A stretch of DNA of 57,512 bases, filler included, from Streblomastix strix (GCA_008636045.1; 2 parts of 2 records of this genome joined end to end with filler, not necessarily neighbours in it); one strand, 5' to 3'. Counted from the whole stretch's first letter, positions 30,045 through 43,345 are shown. Translations and numbers: made by a program. The notes: generated by a model not told the origin, from the sequence alone.

Positions 30045-31219
30045 ATGGTGAAAAAGACCACAAAGAAAAAGACGCAGGTAGGCACAAATTTAGGATACTT
30101 ATTGCTTCAAAGGGCTATCGTCATTTCTCTTATAGAAAGAAAAGAGCTGCCAATGATAATAAATGATGGATATGTGCGCTAAGACGATGTTATCGATGAA
30201 AATGAATTTATGCATAAATCGCTTAATCGATCAGTACTTGTAAATTGTGTGGGGTTCAAAATTGGTAAAGTTGGTTGACGTTCACTTCTTAATCTTGACA
30301 AAACTAAACTTATGAAGGACATGATGCGAGCAGAAAGTTTTTCTGAAACGAGCATGAGTAAGTCAATAATCAATTCAACGGTATATATAAATTTATTCAA
30401 TTATTTTTTTTAACAATATTTACGTAGGCAACAAACATGTTAAATGAAAATCACGATACAAATCAACCTATTTTGAGAGAGAGAAGAACTTTTGCGAACA
30501 GTTTTTTATGGGCAAACTCCGACTTATCTTGTGCCAAACTAATAAAACTTGACATATAAAGGTTGAATGCTGTTTGTAAATAAGATCTAATACCATGGTA
30601 TGATCTGTTGCAGTACTTATATGACATTCACGCATATTTAGTGTAACTGATATTCAATATTGATGAAGCATCACTGCAACTATTAGAAGATAGGAATGGC
30701 GCTATAATTTTCCCTTCAGATCTTACTTCTAGCATCAAGTAAACGTCTGAGCGCATGGCAAATGCAACATTAGTTCTTGGAATCGCAACTGATGGATTTT
30801 CTATACCAAGTGTCATATTTTGGCCATTAGCAAATGTTCCAGAAGAATTTTAGGGTTCAATTGGCCATAAATACTTTACTTGGTCAAACAAAATTGGTTG
30901 GATGAACATGGAAATATCAGAAAAATATTTTCTAACGGTGCATTTACTCGCGATTAAGAAAAGGAGAGTATCAATTGGAGATCCAAAAGCATGAGCCTTA
31001 CTGCTAGTAGACTCTCACTCCAGCTGTGCAATTTCTTCAGTTTGGAGAAAATTTGTTGCAGCAAAGGTTTATGTACTTACTTTGACTCCGCTTGCATCTG
31101 AAATCGAACAGCAACTAGACTGCTGTGTTAATGCGATATTCAAATAGTCATACATGTAATAAGCGAAAGAAACCCACTGCCCTAAGAATTTAACTTTAAA
31201 AATAACGAGAATGCATTGA
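30045..31219 (+). pseudogene. pogo-like DDE_1 transposase with an intron, decayed
   Basis: LIFNIDEA, GWMNMEI, ALLLVDSHSS, PLASEIEQQLDCCVNAIFK; intron 30381-30427; in-frame TGA at 30276 and 30992. Confidence 0.8.
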
Positions 31220-32035
31220 TGCTGAAAATGATAAATCATAATAAAGAATGAAAAAATTTTATAAAATAAATGAATGAAAAATGAAAAATTGAAACTATTC
31301 ATAAATAAAAATGAGGATAATTTATAGTATGAATGAATGAATAATATGAATGATAAGAGTTTGTGAGGATAATTTATGGAGGTTATTAATGTAATAGGTA
31401 TATTTTTCAGATTAAGTTACTATAAACAGTTAGTTTCTTCTGCCTATAACTAATTGTAATTAATTTAGATACTCTAGTTTATGCAGCTATTTTATTTTTG
31501 AAATTTTTTTTTAAAAATTAGAGAGATTTAGTTTATTCATACTGAAATAGTGCAAGAAAAAAGAGGTGATCTCAAAAATTTCTCAATAATGTATGATGAA
31601 TGAAAAATGATTAATCGTAAGGATGAATGATAAGAAATATTTGATATAAAAAATATATATAAAATATTGAGGTTAATTGACGGAATTGAATGTGATCGAT
31701 AGTTGTAGAATGAATAATAAACATGAATTTTGGATTCCACACATGTGATATGACCTTAAAAAGGAGTATGAATGAGATATGAAAAATTGAGAAAATTGAT
31801 GAGATTTCAATGTCTAACTAAATTATTTTAATTTTAATAGTTAGAGAAAAAAATTGAAATATATAATAAAAAAATTGATGTTTTTTGATTGACTTGAAAG
31901 TTGATTTCTTAGTTAATGTTGGTATGCTGATCACGATTATGATGCTAAAAATAAGTGATTGGACAATTGAATATGATAAATTAAGCGGATTAATGAAAAA
32001 GATAAATGGCGTGGGTAAATGAAGAGAAATGTCTA

Positions 32036-32112
32036 AGTGCATCGAGTGTATTGAGTGCATTGGGTCACAAGTTGACACCTCGGATTCCTGCCTTATTAGA
32101 CATAATGCCATA
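32036..32112 (+). repeat. 77-bp direct repeat copy A
   Basis: 67/77 identical to 35778-35854 by manual alignment; contains 9-mers GTGCATCGA-GTGTATTGA-GTGCATTGG. Confidence 0.9.
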
Positions 32113-32199
32113 AATTAAACAAAATTATTTTTAGAAACTATTTAAATTTTTTATTCATTAGCAAAATATCAAACTAAGATTCCACAAGCATCAAAACAA

Positions 32200-35100
32200 T
32201 GTTAAATAAATCCATGTACATTAATCATATTACTTTAGTGAAATGTTCAAAAAGATAGTATTATCGCAAGTCAACTTCCAAATCATAATCCAATGATAAA
32301 TCTAAAGAATTATTGGAAAAATTAATAGTACGATAAGAATTAGCGAGAATCAAACGTGAACAAGATGAATTTGATGCATAAAAGAAAGATGTTGAAGAAT
32401 ATGAATTTAATGGAGGTATACCTGAAGAAGTAGCATAAGAAAAGTTAAAAGAATAGAAAGATTACAAAAATTTGAAAGAAATGAAGTAATTTTAAGAAAT
32501 ACTTATGCCAATTGTTGTATAAATTAATGAAGAACTAATGAATAATACTATCATAGAACGATTTAAAAATGCAATTATTAATTCAATAAATTAATTTAAA
32601 ATAGATCAAAAAGAAGGTGAGAAAAAATAAGCAACAGGTAAATTATTTGATTTAACTTTAGTTGAAGATGGTGATTTATGCGTGATTGATTTCAATATTA
32701 ATAAGAAACTATCAATTGAAGAGACTGAAAAATATGATAAGATATTATAGATACTATGCTTCTTGCTTATGTAGGCTTAGTAAATACTGCACATAGAGGA
32801 TTGCACGCTTATTGTAATAGAGATGGGTATATATTACTTTCGAATCGATGTGTGAAATGTATCGTATTAGATAATATTGAGATTGATATATTTGGATAGA
32901 TGTTTAAATATAAGGTACATGGTGGAATGAAATAAAAGGAACCTGTTTAAAAATCGAGTGGTTGGTCCAAATTAATCATTCCGAGAAACAAAAAATAATA
33001 AAAATGAGACACTTAAATATGAAACTATAAATGATTGGGGTAACATGACGCATTTAGCGAGTCTAAGAGAGATCCTAGATAGCTGGAATGTCTATATTGA
33101 AATACTGTTTAAGGAATATATGTGTGTTTCCATTCACAAACAACCTACCATTTTTTTAATTTTAAAAAATTTAAATAAATTTATAAACAAAAATTGGAGT
33201 TGCATACATTTAGATTTGCATCATCTGAAAAATTAAGCAAAAAATTTATTCAAGTTTTTTCAACAGCAGAAAACTAATCTTATTATTAAATTTTAATTTT
33301 AAATATTTTATAAATTTTTTTTAGATACATTGAAGGACAAAAACTACATTTTCAGCGGCATACATTCGTGAAAACCGATTTTTTTTAATTTTTCGTTTTT
33401 TCCGACCATCTCATGCTTAATTAATACTTTTTTTTGTAAATTAATTATTTATATTTATTTACTAAAAATTTAATCAATAAAAATTATAATTATTACTATG
33501 CTTATTGGCGAAATTTCAATTTAAATATTTTTTTGTAAAATACGTGTGCGAATTTTGAGATAAATTAAAATTAATAATTGAAAAATAAAAATACTAATGT
33601 TTATTATATTAAATTACAATAATTGATGAATTTGAAATGGTGTGTAGAGTAAAAAAAAACGAAAAAACAAAAATTTTCTATTTTCACGAACGCATGCCGC
33701 TAAAAACGCAGTAACTGTCCATCAATGTATCTGAAAAAATATTATAAAAAATTTTTAATAAAAATTAAATAGTAATATTACTTATATGATGACAAAAAAA
33801 TAAAATTATAATTTTTGCTAGTTTTTATAGCGGAGGCAAATCAAAAAATTTGCATCTCCAGCTATTGTTCAAAAAATTATATTAAATATTTTTAAATAAA
33901 AAGTTACTAAGTGATCCTACTGAATGGACATACCCATATAGACAAGGTAAATATGCGAGAATTTGGATGATAAACCACAGAAGAAGGAACTATTGATAAA
34001 ATGAATGATGAACTTGCATAAGCGTGTGTTAATGGATTGAAGAACCTTGAAATACATAACTATCTGTAACCAATCAATATGGAAGTATTTCGTTTAAGTT
34101 TATTCTCAGGAATTTATGGAATCAATAATGAATAGATTAGGGCTTAAGGATTAGATAATATACGCTAGTTCAACAAGTTATCTGCAAACGCTGAAAAGAA
34201 CTATGGTTAAGCTATATTTAGTGGAAAACGTTAGTCTAATCCATTGAACCTTACAAAAATCTTAAGATATCATAATAAAGATTACTATGAGTAGACAATT
34301 AAACCATTACTGAAACAAAATTATAAAGTGAATAATTATTAGAAAATATCTGATATAGTGTAATTAATTGAGAAATATGTGATTGACTTGAAAGATTCGT
34401 TCACATTAATAGATATATCAAGCAAAGCATTTAATGTAAAATATGAAAATAAATTAGAGTTAGTTTTATAAGATTTATTGAAAGTAATTAAAGTTGTGCC
34501 TTGCTAAAACGGATGGTGCTTCATCATTAAAGAATATGATTGCATCGCTAGAAAAAATACTATAAACTATAAATCTATGACAACAATATATGATTAATTA
34601 CGTTCAATTAGACTTTGTTAAGATGGGAAGAAGCATATCACAGCAATTGATGCACTAGAACAGTACCATACATTATTTGAGAAGATTGGCATGAAATTCA
34701 TTAGTAACATTGAAAGCATATTCAGTATATTCTAAGGATTCAAATATATGCAATTAGATGAAGTTGATTAGACAAATATAGAACAATTCCAAGGATTAAT
34801 CAAAGATACTATCTCTGCAAATGATGAGTTGATTTATGAATATTTACTAAATCGGTTTTCATTTATTGCATTCTGTATTGGAAAAAGACTGAAACTTTGA
34901 TGATATTTCAAGGATTATAAGGTATTGGTAAGAATATATTCACTAATGTCTTATGTGAACTGCTAGCAGGTTACTCATCAAAGAATATTACTGATATGGA
35001 TGACTTTGTTGGAAAATTTAATGCTGCTATTGAGAATAAGATGTTGGCAATTGCTAATGAAATGAAGAATTTTGGAGATTCGAGAGTGTCCAATATGGAT

Positions 35101-35730
35101 GCATTGAAATCAATAAATACTGAAAATTAATTTGTGATTAATGAGAAATGTGTTCCTAAGCATGAAGTTGAGAATGGAGTTAATATAATAATTGTTACAA
35201 ATAATATCTTTCCATTAAAAATAGAAAATTATGATAGACGATATGTTGAATACAAATGCAATTCAGTTCATCGAGGAGATCTAGCATACTTAACTAACCT
35301 TTGCAATAGTTTTGATGAAGAATTTTATAATAATTTGTTCACATTCTTTTTGACTAGAGATATTTCATATTTTAATCCAAGAAACATTCTAATGACATAA
35401 GCGAAGAAAGATATAATAATTACATCAATTTCACCAGAAGATGATGTAATAATTAGTCATTTCAAATCATTTAGATATGGAGTTACATGCAATATTGTTG
35501 AAGGATGGAAACCATAAGAAATGAAATTAAAGAATTATTAATTAACGATCAAAAATATATGCGTATAAACATAAAAATAGACTTATTAAGTACGTTAATT
35601 TATCAATAAACTGAAAAAGGAAATGATATCAATTTATGAAAATATGTTAGATAAAAATGTTGATGAAACAGAATAAGAAAAATAATAAGTAACATAGAAT
35701 GATGATAATGAATATTTTTAAAATTAATGA
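32200..35730 (+). pseudogene. AEP PrimPol fused to D5-like SF3 helicase, frameshifted and MITE-interrupted
   Basis: LCVIDFNI (decayed DxD) and LVNTAHRGLHAYC (PrimPol TxxGGxHxY-like) at 32675-32815. Walker A GLQGIGKN 34912-34935, LAIANE, IIIVTNN, DRRY. Stop TGA 35728-35730; start approximate. Confidence 0.82.
33121..33936. mobile_element. 816-bp foldback MITE, TA target duplication
   Basis: Termini TGTGTGTTTCCATTCA and revcomp TGGGTATGTCCATTCA; inverted arms of about 300 bp (33322-33385 vs 33660-33735). Excision restores KEYIDKVNMREFG. Confidence 0.88.
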
Positions 35731-35748
35731 AATTTATTTTTGTTCATT

Positions 35749-35854
35749 AATCATGAAGAATTAATGTATAATGAACTAGTGCATCGAGTGCATTGAGTGC
35801 ATTGGGTCACAAGCTGACACTTTGGATTCCCGTCATATTAATCATTATGCCATA
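35749..35854 (+). repeat. direct repeat copy B with 5' extension shared with 36299-36329 and inverted 36516-36546
   Basis: AATCATGAAGAATTAATGTATAATGAACTAGTGCATCGAGTGCATTGAGTGCATTGGGTCACAAG. Confidence 0.88.
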
Positions 35855-35997
35855 TTGTTTAATTTAGATCAAAATTTGAAGAGCTAGTGTATGAGAATAA
35901 ATAGGGTACTACCATTGATTTACAAATATGGCGCTTGCTTGTATTGACTAAAATTAATTCAAAGTTAATGATGATTATTTATTTTATCATAAAGGAA

Positions 35998-36279
35998 ATG
36001 TTTGCAGATAAATTTATGTATATGAATAAATTCGATATCGATTAAGACAAATATAATCACGATAGTTATGATAAAGATTTCGCAGATAAATTTATTGAAC
36101 ATAATAGATGAAGATTATCATCAGGTAAGACTTATAAAGCAATCTGTAACATGTATCCTAAGAATATGGTTACACAAACATTCCATGATCTAGTCTTCCC
36201 ATTATTAAAGAAAAGGGTTTTAGAGTATAATAATGGAAAGAAATATGAAATGTATTACTCAACTAAGTTAAAAATCTGA
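35998..36279 (+). pseudogene. small viral hypothetical protein with one internal TGA
   Basis: MFADKFMYMNKFDIDQDKYNHDSYDKDFADKFIEHNR*RLSSGKTYKAICNMYPK...KLKI-TGA, preceded by the element's T-rich upstream motif. Confidence 0.55.
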
Positions 36280-36298
36280 TTAATTATTTTTGTTTTAT

Positions 36299-36780
36299 AA
36301 TCGTGGAGAATTAATGTGAAATAAACTAGTGTATTGGGTCCATCAAGTTGAATTTAGATATGGCACCATAATAATATGTAATAATTTCTATTGAGCTAGA
36401 GTTGTAGACTTTTATTGTGAAATGTCCAATTATGAATTCTAATGGTAATAAATCAGAAATGGCAGGAATCTTAGTAAGGATCCTATGACTCAGTGCACTC
36501 GATTGAATCTGTGCTCTAGTTTATTTTACATTAATTCTCCATGATTCCAGCACATAGAAAGTATAATACATTTTTCAACTCGGTTCACTCGGTGCACATG
36601 GACGAATAACCCCATTTGTACATAAACCATTAACTCACACCATTATCTCAAAAATAAATCCGACCGACCGACCGACTTTTTATATTTTAGCGATTTTAGG
36701 GGGTCCAACCCTGCACGCCTGCACACTTGGACATTTCGCTTCAATTAATCACACCATGAACTCACACCATTAATCCAAAA
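36299..36780. repeat. cluster of inverted and tandem repeats between convergent viral gene blocks
   Basis: 31-bp inverted pair 36299-36329/36516-36546 (29/31), (CCGA)4 at ~36660, repeated TCACACCAT units, TGCAC 9-mers. Confidence 0.8.
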
Positions 36781-36785
36781 ATAAA

Positions 36786-37184
36786 TCATATACATTGATT
36801 ATATCGATCAATTATATCGCTAATTTAAAGTAAATCCTGTACGTTAGTTATGATAATTTTCTGAAGACGTTGAATCAAGAGGAGTTATAAATCGTTGACA
36901 GTTGCTCTGAATTCCTATCTCTGAATTCTATATTTTTATTGTGCACGGGATCGTTACTCTGCGGCAATGCGTTCGGCTTCTTCTTATGAGCTATATATTT
37001 TAGGTCTACCACTTTATTCTATTTTCTCCTCATTTAATTATGTCATTTGAATAGGATTAACGGCTTGATCGATTAAAGGAACATGAAGTACTTCATCAAT
37101 AGGACTTGGTTATTTTTCAACTAATTACGGAACGACCTGCTTGGATTATCTTTTACGGATTTGTTTTGTTTCACATGTTTGCAT
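36786..37184 (-). CDS. 132-aa viral protein with AT-hook-like GRPK motif and basic helix
   Basis: Intact in TAR=Gln code: ...EQSGRPKIYSSQEEAERIAAEQRSRAQQKYR... Confidence 0.65.
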
Positions 37185-37203
37185 TTCCTTTTAAGAAAAA
37201 TTC

Positions 37204-38936
37204 TCAATAGCTTATATTAAATTAACTTTAATAATTAGCTGGTAACGAATTGATGTCATCACTAATGAATTTACAATAATATATAGGTAATTCAACTTAA
37301 CTAATTGGACAATTTGACCTTAGTAATTTACATGTCACATAACCATTCTTATAAGTGATGAATGTTGCTAATTCATTGAAATTTCTTCTTATTTTTGAAG
37401 TTTTTATTTTTGTTCTTCCATAGTCTAGATGTATCATAATTTCATTTCCAGTATTGAATTCAAATAGAAGTTTTGACTATTATTAATGTTTAGTTTTATC
37501 CAAAAATTCAATTAATATTGTAAGAATTAGCCCTTTAAATCTCTAGATTTGTGAACTTATTACGGAGTAAATTTATTATTGAATGCTATATGTTTATTGT
37601 CATTATATATCATTATCATTTATTACATTAAATTATTATTAACCATCGAACTACTATCCTCTCCAAACCCATCTCCAATTATTCGAATCACTCTATCCAT
37701 TATTCTATTGCGCTATGTAAATGGAGATAAATTGAAACATAATGTTATGTTATTATCATTACAGAATTTCTTAGTCACATTACCTGTCAAGCATTTCTTT
37801 CCATCTGATCTAATATTATTATCGTATTATGAATTAATTAATTTAGTTAATGCATTCTTTATTTATGCAGCTGATTTATCAATTATTGGTATCACGACTA
37901 GATACTTTGTATTAATATAATTAGCAAATAAGTATATCTATTCACTATGTTTGATTGTATCGTATGAGAATGCAAGGTCAATTTCATATGATCCTGACTT
38001 CGGACTAAAGTATGGCCATTGAAGCATCTTTAATAGTTTCAATTAATAATCTTATAATTAATTTTATAAAACTTATTTTCTCTTAGTTCTATATTGATTA
38101 ACTAATATTTTCTACTCTTCATATAATTATAAACGCTATGATTAAGAATGTTTGAATAATAACTAACGTTTCGGGACATTATATTTTTATGTTTCTGTTC
38201 TATAAATCTAATATCATTATTCTATAAACTTACTTCCATATCTAATTAGATCTGCATTATCTATAAATTCTTATGTTTCATCCTTTCTTCTAGTTATGTG
38301 CATATTTCTAATGAATACAGGCAATGTCATCCACAAAAGATTCTGAGCAAGATATTCTATATTTAGAATCATTCTCTAATCAATATCATCAACATTCAAG
38401 TTCATTTTATTTTCAAAAATAATCATAGTATCAATGGCATAATTTCAACGCATAAGCAGCTTTGATTTCTTCTTCAAATATAAATTTGCAGATAGCATGC
38501 CAATCAATGTGGAGCAATTCAAGAGGATCAATGATTGTGATTTTATTTGCAACTAATGGTTTAAAGATAAGTATTTTCATTATACAAAATTAAATCATTC
38601 ATACATCAATCTCCTCAATTATATATTCGAACTCATTTTTGTAATTATTTCTAGCTTCACTATAATCTTCTAATACGTTATGCAATCTATTTTATTATGT
38701 ATTCTCAACATTTATATCAAATATTACATTCTCAATATTCTATTTCAGTAACTGCATCATTGATTATTATGATTCCTTTTTAATTTTTGTATCTAGTTTT
38801 TCTTCACATCTGTCCAAACCATCAAGAATTTCATATAGTTGCTTCGATAACTTACATAAGCTCTTGCTTATTGCATGGGTTGTATACATTATTTTGGATA
38901 AATAGCAGCTTCATCTTTTTTCTCTTGTTTGTCCAT
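37204..38936 (-). pseudogene. retroviral-like (RVE) integrase, frameshifted
   Basis: GSYEIDL, IRSDG, NRIMDRVIRII, YNDNKH..FTP..V, followed by an SH3-like FNTGNEIMIHLD tail. Confidence 0.8.
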
Positions 38937-38960
38937 TTTGATAAAGCTAAAATAAATTAA

Positions 38961-41900
38961 TCACTAATTAATTTTATAATCATTGCAAGTTAATCCTAAT
39001 AAAAGATGACAACACGATTGATTCTCTAATACAATCATCTTAGTCAAAGATCCTTATATACCATTTTTAGTCATAGATAACTTACTCATAATTTTATTCT
39101 TCTATGCTAATATTATATTAATGATTTTCATTACGTTTCCAGATTTAATATTATCCACAAATATTTATTGATTTATCTATTGATTCTATATCAATATAAT
39201 ACCTTTAGCAACAAATGACACATCACCACGCTCATCATTAATGATATAAATCTAAAGACTTAATGTAACACAATTTAATTCTTACTTTTCAATATGATCA
39301 CCTAATATCTTTCTCTAATTGTCTTCATTAAAGAAGAATCCTTTATTTTTATTATAGAATTCTGCTTCTTTAATTATTGCATCAAATCGTTATTCAGGAC
39401 CTCAATTCTTAGTACCACTTATCGCTAATGTCAAGTTATCGGTATCCAACTACACAATATACATTTTCGTTTAGTCTAATGCTTTATACAAAAAATAGTA
39501 AATGGAATTAGTATAAATATATTTTGCAGAATCAAATGTGAATTATCCTATTTATAAACAATTATTACATCTACAATATTCGGAATCCACTTATACTGCC
39601 TGTAAGTTATCTGCAATTTCTGTATCATGATAATGCGATTAAATTAAAGGTGATTAGATTGTATAATCATCATATAATCTTATATTACTATATTTTTTAC
39701 TATTCAATATATGCCCTCCAAAAGCAGAATTCAAAATTAATTTACCGAAGGTAGCAAGCCCATCATTCTTCTATGATTTAGCATCAGTATGATATTGTAT
39801 AAAATCTTTAACGAATCCATTAAATTTATCATGTTTACTGATTGTAGTTACTGATTTAATTTCATTAATAATAAAATGAAAGAGATCAATTAATAGCCAT
39901 AAATAATAGTTGTTGAATGACATTATTTCATTATGTGTATCAACTAAATTTGTTAACTTTCTTTCTATTATATCTCTTGAAAATTTATTATCATCAAGTT
40001 ATTTATACATATATTTCCCTATAGTTTCTTCATTAATCACTATATCAATATTTCTAATAATTTAACTAAAATTAATGCAATAATTATTGTAATCTTCATC
40101 AATGTGTCATCGTACTTATGCTATGAATAGTATATAAATGAGCATATTTCTTCATATTCTGTAAATCTTTTTTATTATAAATTATTTCATAGGATCTATG
40201 CAAATCAGCAATATATTCAAGCATTTATCCACACATATACATCTTATGACAAATATACTGGATGAATGGATGCATTTATGAACTCATTATTGATGCCTAT
40301 TAACTATCATAATCTATCTAAATTGCGAGTGTCGTAATAAAATCTAAGCCAATTAAGTATACATTTTTTCCTTATATTCTAGATGATTTATCCTTGTTTC
40401 TCCTGGAACATTATATCGATGCAACACATTACTCAATCAACCTACTATATCTTTTCTAATTATTTAATACACATCCTAGTTTGTTAGTTTCTTTGGTAAA
40501 TGTATCAATAAGCTATATTTTCTTATATATATCGTTAGTTTAATTTATTTTTCATCTCTATTACCCTTATACTTATTGCAGTATAAACAATATGTGAGCT
40601 TATTATTTTACTAATGACCCAATTCATTATTGTTTCTATCTAATGTTGGTCAGTTCTTCCAAGTGAACTTACAATTACAAATATAACACCGATATTTTTC
40701 GAATAATTCTTTAAAATATTCATAATCACCAATCGTTACATTTTTACTTGATTCACTATTCTTTTTCTAATCATATTCAATATAGCTTTCAACTTTAATA
40801 GTTAAATAAGGCATAATTATATTAATATGTTTATCAGTATCTTCTATATTATAGTCTCAATTCATTTTAAAGTCTTCATATGCACAAGAATATTTAATAA
40901 TATTAGCACACTAAGACATATTAAACATAGCAAGCATATCTTTTTTATATTTTAACATCAACTTGAATAAATTATCTATAAGCTCTATCGTAATATGTGG
41001 ATCTTATTTATTATTGGACCTTGCTTAATCTCATCTAGTTGTGAACTTCGCTGCTTCGACCAGACACTCTTAATACTTCGATTTACTAATTGATTTGTTT
41101 TTTAATTTATTTTCGAAAGCTTCTCTAGGAAATGGTTCTGATTTATCCAATTCAATAGCGTAATTAATAACGTTGATATATTCATATAGAAATCTACCTT
41201 TTTACATAGTTCCACCATCTATGTCTCGAACAAACTTCTTAAGAGTCATCTTAGTTCAATAGATCAGTGCATCAATGAATCTTAACTATATATGAATAAC
41301 TTTATGTCGAACTATTATCTATTTAGCAACTGTTCCACTACAAATATGTTTAATGATTCTCCAATTCTTTGATTTCAAATTCTTAAACAATAATGATGAT
41401 TCAAACTTTGCTGAATTGAATCCAATCACTGGCACTTCAAAACGTTGTGGTATACTTTCATCTTCACACTTATTATCTCTCTATATTTGCTTCGCTTCTT
41501 CGAATACCTAGTCTAACCATTAATCCAAAAAGTTCGCTTATCGATTATCGTAGAAGAATGAATGGATACCTGATTTGTTCTTTACAGTTGATGCAATACA
41601 ATAAGAAATGAAATATGATATAACTGTTGAATCTTCACGAAAATTTTACTGGATAAATTTCTCAAATGTTTCTATATCATAAGTTATATAATATTCAGTT
41701 GATTTAAATTCAATCTCTCTATCATTCACGAATAGATATCTATAAGTAATATTATTAAGTATATGTGGAACAAATCGTCGAGCAAATTTCTCCAAGATAA
41801 CTTTCATAATAATCCTACCATTATTTTTCTTACATTTTTCCATATCTCTCTTCATATCTCTATTTTTATTTAGATTTGATGTTTTAAACACTTATAATTT

Positions 41901-43308
41901 ACATATATCACAATAACGATATTCAGTTAATGTTTTAACATCAGAGACATATTTAATTTGTGCGTTTATCCTATTATTTATGAGACGCACATTAAAGTCT
42001 CGTATTGATGCATCACATTTATAATGTTTGATAGCGTAAATATATAGGAGCTAAATATTTATCTGAATATGTAAATACATGAAAATTAATTTATTCTTTA
42101 TCGATAAACTACTCGATGTCAGTTATAAAGTTGAAGTCTTAATATGATTCATCAAATTCATTTCAAAAAATTTTTTTAAATATTCATTTTTCTTCAGCGA
42201 TTACAAAACAATCTTTTTATCTTTTTTCCTTAGAGTTAGGCATTGTAATAAAGCTATAAGCAGTAAAGAAACATCGATTCAATTTGCATTCTACATAGTA
42301 AACCTCTCTTCGTTTAATGTGTTTCTATAACAATAGGATTGCTGCACCAACAAATGAAAATTAATATATCCGTATCATTATTGAGAATATTGCTGCAATT
42401 TTTTTTAATGAGTATCTTCTTATGTCTATTATTACATGCTTGCAATAACATCATACGTATAATGCTTATAATTTTCTAAATTTTCTTATGATTTTATAAT
42501 TTATGGAACCCTTCTTTCCGTATTGGCATTCACTGGAAGTATATATTTATTGCTAATCTTCTATTTATTTCCATCATATTCAGATGTCTCAATTACTATA
42601 TTAAAATTATTCCTTATTTTAAATGCAGTACGTTACTCTTATCGATAAATTTAGTCAAGAAATATATCAATTTAATTTAAATTTGTAAGATTCATATAAC
42701 ATTGCTTAGTACGTTTCTCTATTTGATCAATATTATTATTAACAGAGAATGTTGGTGTTGACGTATTTTCATCATGCCGTTAAAGAACTTTATTCTTTAT
42801 CTCATAAAATTAACTTCATCAACTGCATCACATATAATTATAACATTTCTTTCTTATGTTTATTGGAGTGGATTATTTATATATTTTAATGTATCTCATC
42901 AATCTCTTCTTCATTAGTTTTGAACATTTAATCTAAGTTTAGATCAAGAATATTATGAAAGTATTTTAATGCTTAACGATTATGTATATCATTAATGGAT
43001 TTAAGCTAACGTTCATGACGATATTCCTGCTATGGAAATTCTTTCTTATTTAACGTCTCATTTTATCTTTCATCCATTTTTTTTAATTATTTTATTCATT
43101 ATTCCTCTTCTGCTAATTATTTTTCAACATGTTCTATTTTCGTTAATTCAACAACTTTTTGATTGTTTCGTTTTCCAAAGTAAATAATTTATGTTAATAT
43201 TTAAGACAATTTTGTACGTTAATCATTTTCACTTATTTGTATAATTGTATTTGGATCGAATATTCGAATCAACTCTATGATTTTATCTATTGGAATTTTA
43301 TCTGCCAT
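38961..43308 (-). pseudogene. protein-primed family B DNA polymerase with EndoVII-like insertion, decayed
   Basis: ExoI YITYDIET (~41670), ExoII VIGFNSAKFE, KGRFLYEY, motif B FGKLILNSAFG (~39730), motif C QLDTDN (~39445); C..C...LDR.NN..GH...C..CN at ~40570-40700. Confidence 0.9.
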
Positions 43309-43345
43309 TTTATTTTATCAAAAAATAATATTACCAACCTATTCA

